From contig CM074820.1 of the NCBI GenBank assembly GCA_037447605.1, forward strand, positions 1,736,001-1,800,000: 64,000 nucleotides of DNA, read 5' to 3'. The notes below the pieces were generated by a model. The model saw only the letters and a list, made by a program, of their open reading frames with translations, made no database searches and was not told the origin of the DNA. Origin of the DNA: Zygnema circumcarinatum SAG 698-1b. Taxonomy: Eukaryota; Plantae; Zygnematophyceae. Made by a program: the position numbers and the translations under genes. Positions 48,078-62,840 of this stretch are shown here, piece after piece (position 1 is the first letter of the stretch; each line of letters starts with the position of its first letter).

Positions 48078-50078
48078 TCATTCAAACGTACTAACCCCGT
48101 CAAACATTTGAGCAATAGTTCTCCTTGCTTTCCGCAGAACATTGATACTCTTTTCAAGGTACGAACGTCTCTGCATCAATCGCGGATCTTCCGTCAACAA
48201 TGAAAGCAGACGACCTGTTCCCCCGCTACCATGAATAGTCATCGCCGCTACATCTGCTCGATCAACGAGAAACTCCGTCAACGAATATTTCACCTCCATT
48301 GGTAGAGAGTCCGCCATCCTCTTCACAATGATCTGCCAATAGGAGAAGATGTTGATTTGCAAATCGAGAGTTTCTTGCTTATCGTTACCCAAAAGCTCGT
48401 TTACATTGATTGGGCCAAGTTCATTGAGGGTAGTCTCAACCCTCTGCCCATAGTGTGGAGGGTTTTTCATCTCATGAACTCGATGATGGAGTTTCCCCAC
48501 AACATCCATGTAGGAGGGGTCATTTGTGTAAACCACTGCAAGCTCCTTCTTCAAAGCCCTCGATGTGAAAGCCAAATTCTCCTTCTCCATCGCATCCAAA
48601 ATTTCAATTATCAAACCGCGAAGGAATTGGGTGAGCTTTGGATATCCGATTGTGCAATCTTCAACCACTTTCATCAACACATATTGAGCGTAAGTTCTTC
48701 CATCGACGACAAATTGATTCAAAATGTCGCCAAGCTTGGAAATCTCTTCCGAAAGGAGTGAGTGGATGATTGAATGTGAAAATATATTTGGCAAAGTTAT
48801 GCCACGGGACTCATCCATAAAATCTTTGCAGACTTTTTGATATTCCTTCGACAAAAAGTTAGAACCCACACATCGAATAGCTCTCCCGAATTCAGAGAAA
48901 CGATGGTCGAGCCTCGCCGCCATATGCATCTCCAACGCGTTTGGATAAAGATTGTTGTCCCCGGAGAGGAGACCAAAAATGACCTCCCGTCTCCTCTTCT
49001 CGATTTCATAAAGTATTTGAAATGCTTCTGCCTCGTTCTTGATTCCTCGAGGTAGACTCCGCTGCTCTTGCTCTCTTTCACTAAGCAGTGCCTTGATCTG
49101 ATTCTGAATCTTCGGTAACGCGTGTGTTATCCTCACTGCTTGAATTTCTGTCAATCTTTTTGAGAGCGCTTCCACACCCAACATACTCTTGTCCAATTTC
49201 GACAATTCAGTATGGCTCTCAAAAAAAGCCTCCTCTATTGCTCTAGCCTCTCTGAAAGATCGTTCATTTTCAGTCCGATTCCGAACACAGACGTATCCGA
49301 GGCCAACATTGACGCTGTTTGCAGTGACCTTCTCATATAGACCGTCCGGTGCACGATCAGCCTTTGTCACTACTGCCAACGTTCTTTCTCCCAAAGGATC
49401 GACCGCCTGCGACATTGCAATCGACTCACAGGTGGAGAAGTCTACCTCTGCACTAATGACATTCAAGATCACGCTCTCCTCCGGCTCAATGTACTTCTTG
49501 ATCATCGTCGCTATCTGATCATGAATGTCTTTAGGCTGGTCTGCTACAGGGACCCTAGTTATCCCCGGTAAGTCTACGAGTGTGAGGTCGGGAAGATCTG
49601 GGTGGTCTACAGTTAAGGTTATGTGATCATCCTTCACACCTTTTCTGTCACCGGCAATTGCGTCCGTCGCCTTACAGACAGCCTCCGTGATTCGGTTGAT
49701 GTCAATGATTTCCTCCATATGATTTTTGTACGCTTCATACTTGATCGTGACACGAGTTATACCAGAATTCTGAAGTCGTAAAATTAAAGGCACGCGTGTT
49801 ACAATGCCCTTTCCTTTCGGTAAACTGACTCCTGAAAGCGATTCAAGAACTGAAGATTTGCCGCTTGATTGATCGCCAACCACGACAATGGTTGGCAGGC
49901 GAATGCCCTCATTGGCTATTCCCAAGGATCGCAGCTTGTCAATGGCATCAAGCATAGGCCGAATCCTCGTATTGAAAGAGTCGATAAGGGACATCTCACT
50001 GAAACTGGCGCACTCCATGGCTTCGTCACGCTTCACCGTCTTTGACGGCATTACAATGCGTCTGCGAATCGTCGACAT
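48078..50078 (-). CDS. DRP4: Mx-like dynamin-related GTPase, single exon, 666 aa
   Basis: Uninterrupted ORF with RIRPMLDAIDKLR, LPTIVVVGDQSSGKSSVLE (G1), TRVPL (G2), DLPGI (G3), TKAD (G4), middle domain and GED-like end. TATAAA lies about 30 bp upstream of the ATG. Confidence 0.93.
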   Translation of the reverse strand: MSTIRRRIVMPSKTVKRDEAMECASFSEMSLIDSFNTRIRPMLDAIDKLRSLGIANEGIRLPTIVVVGDQSSGKSSVLESLSGVSLPKGKGIVTRVPLILRLQNSGITRVTIKYEAYKNHMEEIIDINRITEAVCKATDAIAGDRKGVKDDHITLTVDHPDLPDLTLVDLPGITRVPVADQPKDIHDQIATMIKKYIEPEESVILNVISAEVDFSTCESIAMSQAVDPLGERTLAVVTKADRAPDGLYEKVTANSVNVGLGYVCVRNRTENERSFREARAIEEAFFESHTELSKLDKSMLGVEALSKRLTEIQAVRITHALPKIQNQIKALLSEREQEQRSLPRGIKNEAEAFQILYEIEKRRREVIFGLLSGDNNLYPNALEMHMAARLDHRFSEFGRAIRCVGSNFLSKEYQKVCKDFMDESRGITLPNIFSHSIIHSLLSEEISKLGDILNQFVVDGRTYAQYVLMKVVEDCTIGYPKLTQFLRGLIIEILDAMEKENLAFTSRALKKELAVVYTNDPSYMDVVGKLHHRVHEMKNPPHYGQRVETTLNELGPINVNELLGNDKQETLDLQINIFSYWQIIVKRMADSLPMEVKYSLTEFLVDRADVAAMTIHGSGGTGRLLSLLTEDPRLMQRRSYLEKSINVLRKARRTIAQMFDGVSTFE

Positions 50079-50910
50079 TAGCCAACTCCTTCACTTCACG
50101 TTAAGTTTATAGAGGCTGCAAGATGTCTTTATACTACTCCGGACTATTATTAAGGCATGCACTTTCTTCTTCTCATGCACTTAAGCTGCAGCCGACATGC
50201 AATGCAGATTTTTTTTTTTCACCATTTAGAATGTCATCTGCAAGCTCGATTGTACATGCGCGAGGAATACGCACATGCAAACAATCATCAACACATCCAA
50301 GACAATCGTCGGCCATGCACAACCATGCTGTGATTATCCGCAGCACCGATCCCCCCCGTCGGCTCTCTGACCACCGCTTGCGGACCGTCGATTCGGTTCT
50401 AGGAGTCCCAAGGCGTCACATGCCGCGCCATGCGGTTGTCCTTTACGCTGCCACATGTGGGACGAACTGGGAACCGGGAAATTAGAGCCATAGAACTAGT
50501 TAAGCCAAACTGGCCAGCGTCCATGGAACGGCTTCCGACAGCTGGCGATACTGGTTCAAAAACATTAAATGTGTTCACACGGGCATAATGTGTTCATTCA
50601 CAATGTGTTCGTCTTTGTTTGGACGGAACAGCGCACATGGATCACGCTTAACAGTTTTTTGATTTCTATGTTCAACCAAATTAGGTTTTCCTTGTTTGGA
50701 AATCCAGGTGTTCTCTGCAGAATTTTTCTCCTCGCAGTTTGACGGGTGTGTCGTTGCATAGAACTGCGGACCAGCGGCGTTAGGGCTTGCGGGCATGGAA
50801 CGGAGTGAGAGTCGGAGGGAGAGAGGGAGAGGGAGAGAGGGAGGGAGAGGGAGAGGGAGAGGGAGAGGGAGAGGGAGAGGGAGAGGGGAGAGGGAGAGGG
50901 AGAGGGAGAG

Positions 50911-54931
<4,021 letters not shown>

Positions 54932-55121
54932 TCAATCCATCTTTGGAACGATTTAGTTTAGGGTTTACTGTTTTTAAGGTTTTCAAAGGTCAAGGTGGTT
55001 TGTAAGTCTAGTTGCCATGTGCCCATGGGGCAATTGGACATGGACATGACTACGACACCTCACTACAACGAGAAACACCAAAAACTTTGGCAAGTTAAAA
55101 CATGCATGCTATTGAATTCAC

Positions 55122-56010
55122 CTCTTCCTCCCTTCCGTACTGCTCTACCAACGCTCTTTTCAGCTCCTCCTTTGTAACTCTCTCATCATCGTACTTGTAC
55201 CCCTGAATTATGAATATACAAGTTTCTGAAAAGTAAAGGATCTTGAAAATGCCTTTTTTAAAAGTTATTGTGAACGTATCAGACGACTCGAACATTGCAA
55301 ATGAACCAGGACTGGATAGGCCAAAAGCTTCGAAGACCTATAAGACAAACTTTAGACTGGGCCAGTGTTGAGATTGAAGAAATCATTGATTCAGTTAAAA
55401 CAACTATACTTTGTTAAAGAACCTCTATTTTTTAAGGTTCGCATTCTTTTTTTTGGCTATTGATCCAGATCAATGACCGATATGAGTTTCCTTTGGGGCT
55501 GAATTTAGACCGTAACAATGGAAGATATCTTTCGTCTGATGCAAATGTCACTGTTAAGAACAAGTACAGGTTTCATAGGTTGGCATCTTTTCCTTTGTTT
55601 TTAGAGCCATTTGCTTGCGTGGATTACTTCCCTTATTTCTTGAGTGTACTATATGTTGTGCGACATCCTTGCATGTTTTATCTTTTTGCCACTGTACTTA
55701 TGAATCCATTTTGTTGACTGATATAAAGACCAGCGTAAAAATCATTTACGTCAACAAAATGGCTTCATAACTGCAATGGCGAAAAGATAAAACATGCACC
55801 GATGTCACACCACATGTAATACACTCCAAAAATGAGGGAAGTAATCCATGCAAGCAAATGGCTAAAAAAAAAAAGAAAGAAATGCCAACCTATGAAGCCT
55901 GTACTTGTTTTGAACACTGGTGTTTTCCCTGATGAGATATCTTCCATTTTCACAATCTACATTCAACTCCAAAGGAAAAAACTCATCAGTCATTAATCTG
56001 GATCAATAAC
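55122..56010. pseudogene. UBP12: Fragments of ubiquitin-specific protease UBP12/13 (USP7 family) on both strands
   Basis: Plus exon 55469-55578 INDRYEFPLGLNLDRNNGRYLSSDANVTVKNKYRFH with AG/GT borders. Minus exon 55202-55122 YKYDDERVTKEELKRALVEQYGREEE with AG/GT borders. A second, stop- and frameshift-damaged INDRYEFP exon lies on the minus strand near 56000-55880. Confidence 0.85.
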
Positions 56011-56132
56011 CAAAAAAAAAAATGCAAACCTTAAAAAATAGAAATTCTTTAATAGATTGCAGACTATAATATTTAACACGTTTGATGGCTGTTCTGACTG
56101 AATTAATGATTTTTTCAATCCCTAGACTGGGC
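55358..56132. repeat. Long imperfect inverted repeat, arms about 360 bp, 31 nt loop
   Basis: Inner ends CCATTTTGTTGAC (to 55718) and GTCAACAAAATGG (from 55750) are exact complements. Arms align by eye at roughly 80% out to about 55358 and 56132. Confidence 0.9.
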
Positions 56133-56659
56133 CATTACTGTATCGTTACAGTAACCCGGCTGTTCTGTTTTCTAAATCCAAGGGGTTCGTAGGACTTAGG
56201 AAAGAAGAAATAGCGAGAGGGATATTCGATGAGAAGAGATAAGGGAAGGGAATGGAGAAGTCGAAGGATGTTCTTAGGGTTTCAAGGTTTCTGGTGGGGG
56301 AAGAGAAACCAAAAAGGGCATATGGAATCGGCAACAGCTTGTAACCCTAAAAATCCGTGATATGATTTTTCTTCAAATCAAACGGCATACTTTGAACAAT
56401 TCCTCCTTCCAGCATAGCCTATCTTATAAGTACAAAAAAGAGGAGAATCTATAACTTTCCAGATATTAATCATTGCAAATATATCATTGAACTTCGTCCA
56501 AAGAAGGAAAACAGTGTTTACTAGCTATGGTCTTCCCTCCCCTGAACAATGTATTGATTATTCAAGCTAGTCCGTTTCAACGCAATGCGGCTACTCCCAA
56601 AAAGTGTTGTAAAGCAATCATTTGACTAAAATTTTTAGGGTTTTCAAGCTGACAAGCAC

Positions 56660-57139
56660 TTAATTTTGAGGGAATCTCCCCATCCACCCCCCCGCCTGCC
56701 CTTCCGGTAAAGTTCCAAATGGCTTCGGCTTATAAAAGGGGAGTTTGCCTTTTGCGATCGCTTCCGCCATCGCCTTCTTCTTGGCGCACAAAGGGCACGG
56801 CAGGGTCGGATATTTCTGTGGCGGAGGAGGCACTTTCTCAGGGACCATCTCCGGAGCAGGGGCGGGAGCCATTGGCGAAGGAGATGGAGCCATGGGAGCA
56901 GGTGCGGGAGATGGAGATGGAGCCGTGGGAGCAGGTGCGGGAGCCATGGGCGTAGGAGCTGGAGCCATTGGCGTGGGGGCGGGAGCCGCGGGCATGGGGG
57001 CGATCATCTTTTCCTCCTCCTTCTCCTTCTTGTTGTGGTCCTTATGGTTCCTTCCTGCAGCCACGGAAGTAGAGAGAACTACCACTCCAAGTAGCACCAA
57101 AAGGGCGGAGTTTACGGCCCGCATGATGGAATACGCCAT
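56660..57139 (-). CDS. Secreted Pro/Ala-rich arabinogalactan-protein-like peptide, copy 1 (159 aa)
   Basis: Hydrophobic signal peptide (ALLVLLGVVVLSTSVAA), Lys/Glu/His patch, AP/SP/TP dipeptide repeats and a basic C-terminus with PCPLC. Single exon. Confidence 0.75.
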   Translation of the reverse strand: MAYSIMRAVNSALLVLLGVVVLSTSVAAGRNHKDHNKKEKEEEKMIAPMPAAPAPTPMAPAPTPMAPAPAPTAPSPSPAPAPMAPSPSPMAPAPAPEMVPEKVPPPPQKYPTLPCPLCAKKKAMAEAIAKGKLPFYKPKPFGTLPEGQAGGWMGRFPQN

Positions 57140-58647
57140 GATGCTCGCTCTTATTATTCCTCACCCTCTCTCTCGTCCTCTCCCTCCCTCTCTCCCTCTC
57201 CCTCTCTCCCTTTCACTCTCTGCCTTTGCAAGTTCTCACCGCCTCTACCCTGCACTTTTCCCTTCTCTTCTCCGCCTTGGCTTGCCTTGCCCGCTCTCCA
57301 CTGCGCGCCGGCACATTAATACCTTCCCATGCAGACTCCCTGACCCTGCCAGAGGAATCGTCGATTTTCCGCAGAATTTTTTAGGCTGCGTCGAACTTGA
57401 CGCCATGGCCACGCGGCGACGCATGCAGCGCCATGCAGACACGGCGGGGCCCACGTCGGAAGTCGTCTCTCAGTCGCTAATTTCCGCGAGGCCTGAAAAT
57501 TCTCAACCGAGGGTTCATAAAATTTCCCGACTCTGAACTCCAGTACGGACTGTACGGTTTGGTACACTCCGTACCCTAAACTCTGAACCCTGAACTCGAT
57601 GGTTTTGTACGGGTAACTCTACTGCACCCCCGCGTTTTGTCTTTCGCACCCCCCTTTTGAAAAAAATTCCTGCCCGTTTTGGTTACCCCCCCAGTTTTGA
57701 ATATTTCGGGAAAAATCTTTCTCCCGCCCCTCCCGTCCCCTCCGCTCCCCCCCTCCCCTGCCCTCTTCTCCCCTCCCCTCCCCTCCGCTCTCCTCCCTTG
57801 ACCTGTCCTCCCCGGCCCTCCCCTCCCGCCCGCTCCCCTGCCCTCCCCTCCCTTCCCCTCCCCTCCCCTGCCCTCCCTTGCCCTCCCCTCCTCGTCTCTC
57901 CTCTTCTCGGTTTGCAATGTCCATAAAAATGCTACCAACTGAGTATGAGACCCGCGATGAGCTCGTACAAGTCAAAAAAATGTTCCAATTGCAAGCAAGC
58001 AGGCCACAACTTAAGATCTTGCCTTAATTAGGGGGTCTATGATCCTAACCTAAAAATAGAGAGTAACAGTTGCCCAACACTGGTGACCTTTGCAGCTGCG
58101 TTTAAGGCTGCGTTTTTTGCGCTTAAGCTTAGTTTAGTTTAGTATCTTGCTCCTAGTTTTTTTATTTTGTGCTTGGTTCATTAGCGACCAATTTCTTGTG
58201 GTTCCCATGTTGGCTTTGTCCATGTTTATTTGATGGCCTCACCCTCTTGAGACCCAATGCAAATCCCCTTGTCTTTGTCGCACATTGTTGGAAGTCAATA
58301 GTGAAAAGGAGAAAACGAGGGGGGTGGAATGTCCATAAAAAGAGGAGGGGAGGGGAGGGGAGCGGGNNNNNNNNNNACTTTGAACAATTCCTCCTTCCAG
58401 CATAGCCTATCTTATAAGTACAAAAAAGAGGAGAATCTATAACTTTCCAGATATTAATCATTGCAAATATATCATTGAACTTCGTCCAAAGAAGGAAAAC
58501 AGTGTTTACTAGCTATGGTCTTCCCTCCCCTGAACAATGTATTGATTATTCAAGCTAGTCCGTTTCAACGCAATGCGGCTACTCCCAAAAAGTGTTGTAA
58601 AGCAATCATTTGACTAAAATTTTTAGGGTTTTCAAGCTGACAAGCAC

Positions 58648-59127
58648 TTAATTTTGAGGGAATCTCCCCATCCACCCCCCCGCCTGCCCTTCCGGTAAAG
58701 TTCCAAATGGCTTCGGCTTATAAAAGGGGAGTTTGCCTTTTGCGATCGCTTCCGCCATCGCCTTCTTCTTGGCGCACAAAGGGCACGGCAGGGTCGGATA
58801 TTTCTGTGGCGGAGGAGGCACTTTCTCAGGGACCATCTCCGGAGCAGGGGCGGGAGCCATTGGCGAAGGAGATGGAGCCATGGGAGCAGGTGCGGGAGAT
58901 GGAGATGGAGCCGTGGGAGCAGGTGCGGGAGCCATGGGCGTAGGAGCTGGAGCCATTGGCGTGGGGGCGGGAGCCGCGGGCATGGGGGCGATCATCTTTT
59001 CCTCCTCCTTCTCCTTCTTGTTGTGGTCCTTATGGTTCCTTCCTGCAGCCACGGAAGTAGAGAGAACTACCACTCCAAGTAGCACCAAAAGGGCGGAGTT
59101 TACGGCCCGCATGATGGAATACGCCAT
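58648..59127 (-). CDS. Secreted AGP-like peptide, copy 2 (identical)
   Basis: Translation identical to copy 1, offset exactly 1988 bp. Confidence 0.65.
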   Translation of the reverse strand: MAYSIMRAVNSALLVLLGVVVLSTSVAAGRNHKDHNKKEKEEEKMIAPMPAAPAPTPMAPAPTPMAPAPAPTAPSPSPAPAPMAPSPSPMAPAPAPEMVPEKVPPPPQKYPTLPCPLCAKKKAMAEAIAKGKLPFYKPKPFGTLPEGQAGGWMGRFPQN

Positions 59128-59597
59128 GATGCTCGCTCTTATTATTCCTCACCCTCTCTCTCGTCCTCTCCCTCCCTCTCTCCCTCTCCCTCTCTCCCTT
59201 TCACTCTCTGCCTTTGCAAGTTCTCACCGCCTCTACCCTGCACTTTTCCCTTCTCTTCTCCGCCTTGGCTTGCCTTGCCCGCTCTCCACTGCGCGCCGGC
59301 ACATTAATACCTTCCCATGCAGACTCCCTGACCCTGCCAGAGGAATCGTCGATTTTCCGCAGAATTTTTTAGGCTGCGTCGAACTTGACGCCATGGCCAC
59401 GCGGCGACGCATGCAGCGCCATGCAGACACGGCGGGGCCCACGTCGGAAGTCGTCTCTCAGTCGCTAATTTCCGCGAGGCCTGAAAATTCTCAACCGAGG
59501 GTTCATAAAATTTCCCGACTCTGAACTCCAGTACGGACTGTACGGTTTGGTACACTCCGTACCCTAAACTCTGAACCCTGAACTCGATGGTTTTGTA

Positions 59598-61337
59598 CGG
59601 GTAACTCTACTGCACCCCCGCGTTTTGTCTTTCGCACCCCCCTTTTGAAAAAAATTCCTGCCCGTTTTGGTTACCCCCCCAGTTTTGAATATTTCGGGAA
59701 AAATCTTTCTCCCGCCCCTCCCGTCCCCTCCGCTCCCCCCCTCCCCTGCCCTCTTCTCCCCTCCCCTCCCCTCCGCTCTCCTCCCTTGACCTGTCCTCCC
59801 CGGCCCTCCCCTCCCGCCCGCTCCCCTGCCCTCCCCTCCCTTCCCCTCCCCTCCCCTGCCCTCCCTTGCCCTCCCCTCCTCGTCTCTCCTCTTCTCGGTT
59901 TGCAATGTCCATAAAAATGCTACCAACTGAGTATGAGACCCGCGATGAGCTCGTACAAGTCAAAAAAATGTTCCAATTGCAAGCAAGCAGGCCACAACTT
60001 AAGATCTTGCCTTAATTAGGGGGTCTATGATCCTAACCTAAAAATAGAGAGTAACAGTTGCCCAACACTGGTGACCTTTGCAGCTGCGTTTAAGGCTGCG
60101 TTTTTTGCGCTTAAGCTTAGTTTAGTTTAGTATCTTGCTCCTAGTTTTTTTATTTTGTGCTTGGTTCATTAGCGACCAATTTCTTGTGGTTCCCATGTTG
60201 GCTTTGTCCATGTTTATTTGATGGCCTCACCCTCTTGAGACCCAATGCAAATCCCCTTGTCTTTGTCGCACATTGTTGGAAGTCAATAGTGAAAAGGAGA
60301 AAACGAGGGGGGTGGAATGTCCATAAAAAGAGGAGGGGAGGGGAGGGGAGGGGAGGGGAGGGGAGGGGAGCGGGCGGGAGGGAGGGAGGGAGGGGAGCGG
60401 GCGGGAGGGAGGGAGGGAGGGGAGCGGGCGGGAGGGAGGGAGGGAGGGGAGGGGAGGGAGGGAGGGAGGAGGAGGGAGGGAGGGAGGGGAGGGGAGGGAG
60501 GGAGGGAGGGAGGGAGGGAGGGAGGGAGCGGGCGGGAGGGGAGGGGAGGCGAGGGGAGCGGGCGGGAGGGAGGGAGGGAGGGAGCGGGCGGGAGGGAGGG
60601 AGGGAGGGGAGCGGGCGGGAGGGGAGGGGAGGGGAGAGCGGGCGGGAGGGGAGGGAGGGGAGGGGAGGGGAGCGGGCGGGAGGGGAGGAGGGAGCGGGCG
60701 GGAGGGGAGGGAGGGAGGGAGGGGAGAGGAGGGGAGGGAGGGAGGAGGGAGGAGGGAGCGGGCGGGAGGGAGGAGAGGGAGGGGAGGGAGCGGGCGGGAG
60801 GGAGGGAGGGAGGAGGGAGGGAGGGAGGGAGGGGAGCGGGCGGGAGGGGAGGGAGGGGGGAGCGGGCGGGAGGGGAGGGGAGGGGAGGGGAGCGGGCGGG
60901 AGGAGAGGAGAGGGGAGGGGAGGGGAGGGGAGCGGGCGGGAGGGGAGGGAGGGAGGGAGGGAGGGAGGGGAGCGGCGGAGGGGAGGGAGGGAGGAGCGGG
61001 GCGGGAGGGGAGGGAGGGAGGGAGCGGGCGGGAGGGAGGGAGGGAGGGAGGGAGGGAGGGAGGGAGGAGGGAGGAGGGAGGGAGGGAGGGGAGCGGGCGG
61101 GAGGGGAGGGCCGGGGGGACAGGGGAGGGGAGCGGGAGGGGAGGGGAGGGGAGGGGAGGGGAGGCCAGGGGAGGGGAGGAGAGGGCAGGGGAGGGGAGAG
61201 AGCGGAGGGGACGGGAGGGGCGGGAAAAATATTTTTCCCGAAATATTCAAAACTGGAGGGGTAACCGAAACGGGCAGGCAAAATTTTCAAAAGGGGGGTG
61301 CGAAAGACAAAACGCGGGGGTGCAGTAGAGTTACCCG
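59598..61337. mobile_element. TA-flanked non-autonomous element with long terminal inverted repeats (Tc1/mariner-type foldback MITE); partial copy at 57610-58366
   Basis: TA at 59596-97 and 61338-39. The first 54 bp of the two ends are exact inverted copies (CGGGTAACTCTACTGCACCCCCGCG...), and similarity continues for more than 150 bp. The right arm carries an expanded GGAGCGGGCGGGAGG array. No transposase visible. Confidence 0.85.
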
Positions 61338-61344
61338 TATTGTA

Positions 61345-62840
61345 CAGTGGGGGTTCCTCATATTTTCGCCATGGTATTGGCCGAAAAGGGGCGAAAATAT
61401 TGATTTTGCAAATATGAGGTTCGTGTTACCAATAGGCTTTCGGTACCATGTTAGAGTTCATGTTTGTCCGTACGTATCGTATCGTCTAATATCGTATTGT
61501 ATCGTACTATATCGCTCAGTATCTATCGTACCGTACCGTATCGTATCGTCCAATATCGTACTGTATCGTACCGTATCGTACCGTAGCTATCGTACCGTGC
61601 CGTATTGTATCGCATACACCTAGTTTTCCGCTCTTCGCGTTGTTCGTCTCATTGATGATGCTATAATTATCAATAGTGGAAGAGCACACCCATGATGAAA
61701 TAAATGAGTGAGTTAATATTGGGCTGGGGGTTGGCGGGCTTCCACGGCAATGAAACAAAACGGGTGCCTTGTGCGACTTGGACGACGCTCAATACCAAAA
61801 CATCTCTTATAGTCACTATGCTTGCCGTGTAGATGGTTGATGTGGATGGTATATGGAGCAGACGAGGAGAGGCGCGAGCGCCTCTTACGGCGGACACCTG
61901 TGGGAAGATTCTACAACTCGTACGGCTAGTACGAATAGTATGGACAGTACGGACAGTACGGCTAACATTGAGTTACCGTACAAAAAGGTGGTTTCGGCAA
62001 AATCGGGGCGAATTTCTTGGGAGCTGTAGCGTAGTGGAGCTGCGCTCGACGGATCCGCGTCAGTTCAGTTGTACTTGACATATGCCTCTTCAGTGTCACG
62101 GACCGGCATAATCCAAGGGCTGCCGACGGAGAATGCGAGAAGGCGGCGCCATGTGTTGGCGGCCCACGGAACAGCACNNNNNNNNNNTGTCTTGTTCTTC
62201 TTTTCTGCCTCTTCAGCTCCAGCAACAGATGCTAAGTAAGAGAGAGAGAGAGAGAGTTCCATTGCATAGAGAGAAAGAGAAAGAGTCTTCTTGCTGATAG
62301 CATTTAGACATCCCATTCAGCCCAGCCAGACAAAGATTTCAGTGAGAAGACACTTTCATTGTAATGACGATCCCCAGCCAATCGCTGGCTGGGGTGAGTT
62401 TCCAAAACACAACCTTTATCTAAGCTGAGTCCCATTTTCCCTTTGCTGTCACTATGCCAAGCTACCATCTTGTGATATCCTGCCCTACACTCCTCCCAAT
62501 GACCGATGATAACTAGAAGTCTAGCGAAGAGAATAGCCGAAGAGAGGACAGGGGAAGAGAGCCCCCAAGGAAGGGCTCTTTGCGCATCGAGTCCAGCCGC
62601 CGGTGGGGACATCTTCAGGATCCCTACGTCTTCCGCTGCGCGTACCTCTGAATCCCCCGGATCCTGGCTCTATGCTGCAGGCAGACCCACAGCACCAACC
62701 CAACCCTTCATCAGTTTCAGCACGGACGCGCGAGTGGCCGTACAGCACCTGCAACTAGCTCAGCAGTCTCCCCTTAACCCCACTTATCTTGTGCTATAGA
62801 GCGCACTGTACAGGGTGGAAAATATGAGGACCCCCCACTG
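61345..62840. mobile_element. Pair of 23 bp CAGTG-type inverted repeats, each flanked by TA (possible Tc1/mariner non-autonomous element)
   Basis: CAGTGGGGGTTCCTCATATTTTC at 61345 versus the reverse complement of GAAAATATGAGGACCCCCCACTG ending 62840 (22/23). TA at 61343-44 and 62841-42. The interval contains a gap. Confidence 0.6.

Larger units (their letters stand above)
56389..60354. repeat. Apparent 1988 bp tandem duplication joined at an assembly gap
   Basis: 56389-58366 is repeated from 58377; all six-frame ORFs are identical; the junction is the 10-N gap at 58367-58376. Confidence 0.9.

Noticed and set aside
56745-57536. 263 aa plus-strand Gly/Ala-rich ORF (and its copy 58733-59524)
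   Set aside because: Antisense shadow of the AGP-like gene, which has the signal peptide.
60150-61623. Long Gly/Arg/Glu-rich and Pro-rich ORFs on both strands
   Set aside because: Translations of the G-rich array inside the TIR element.
62304-62799. ORFs 62304-62612 (-), 62521-62754 (-) and 62506-62799 (+, with a PFISFST motif faintly like ADP-ribosyltransferases)
   Set aside because: Short, mutually overlapping, no convincing family match or splice model; a 7-residue resemblance is not enough.
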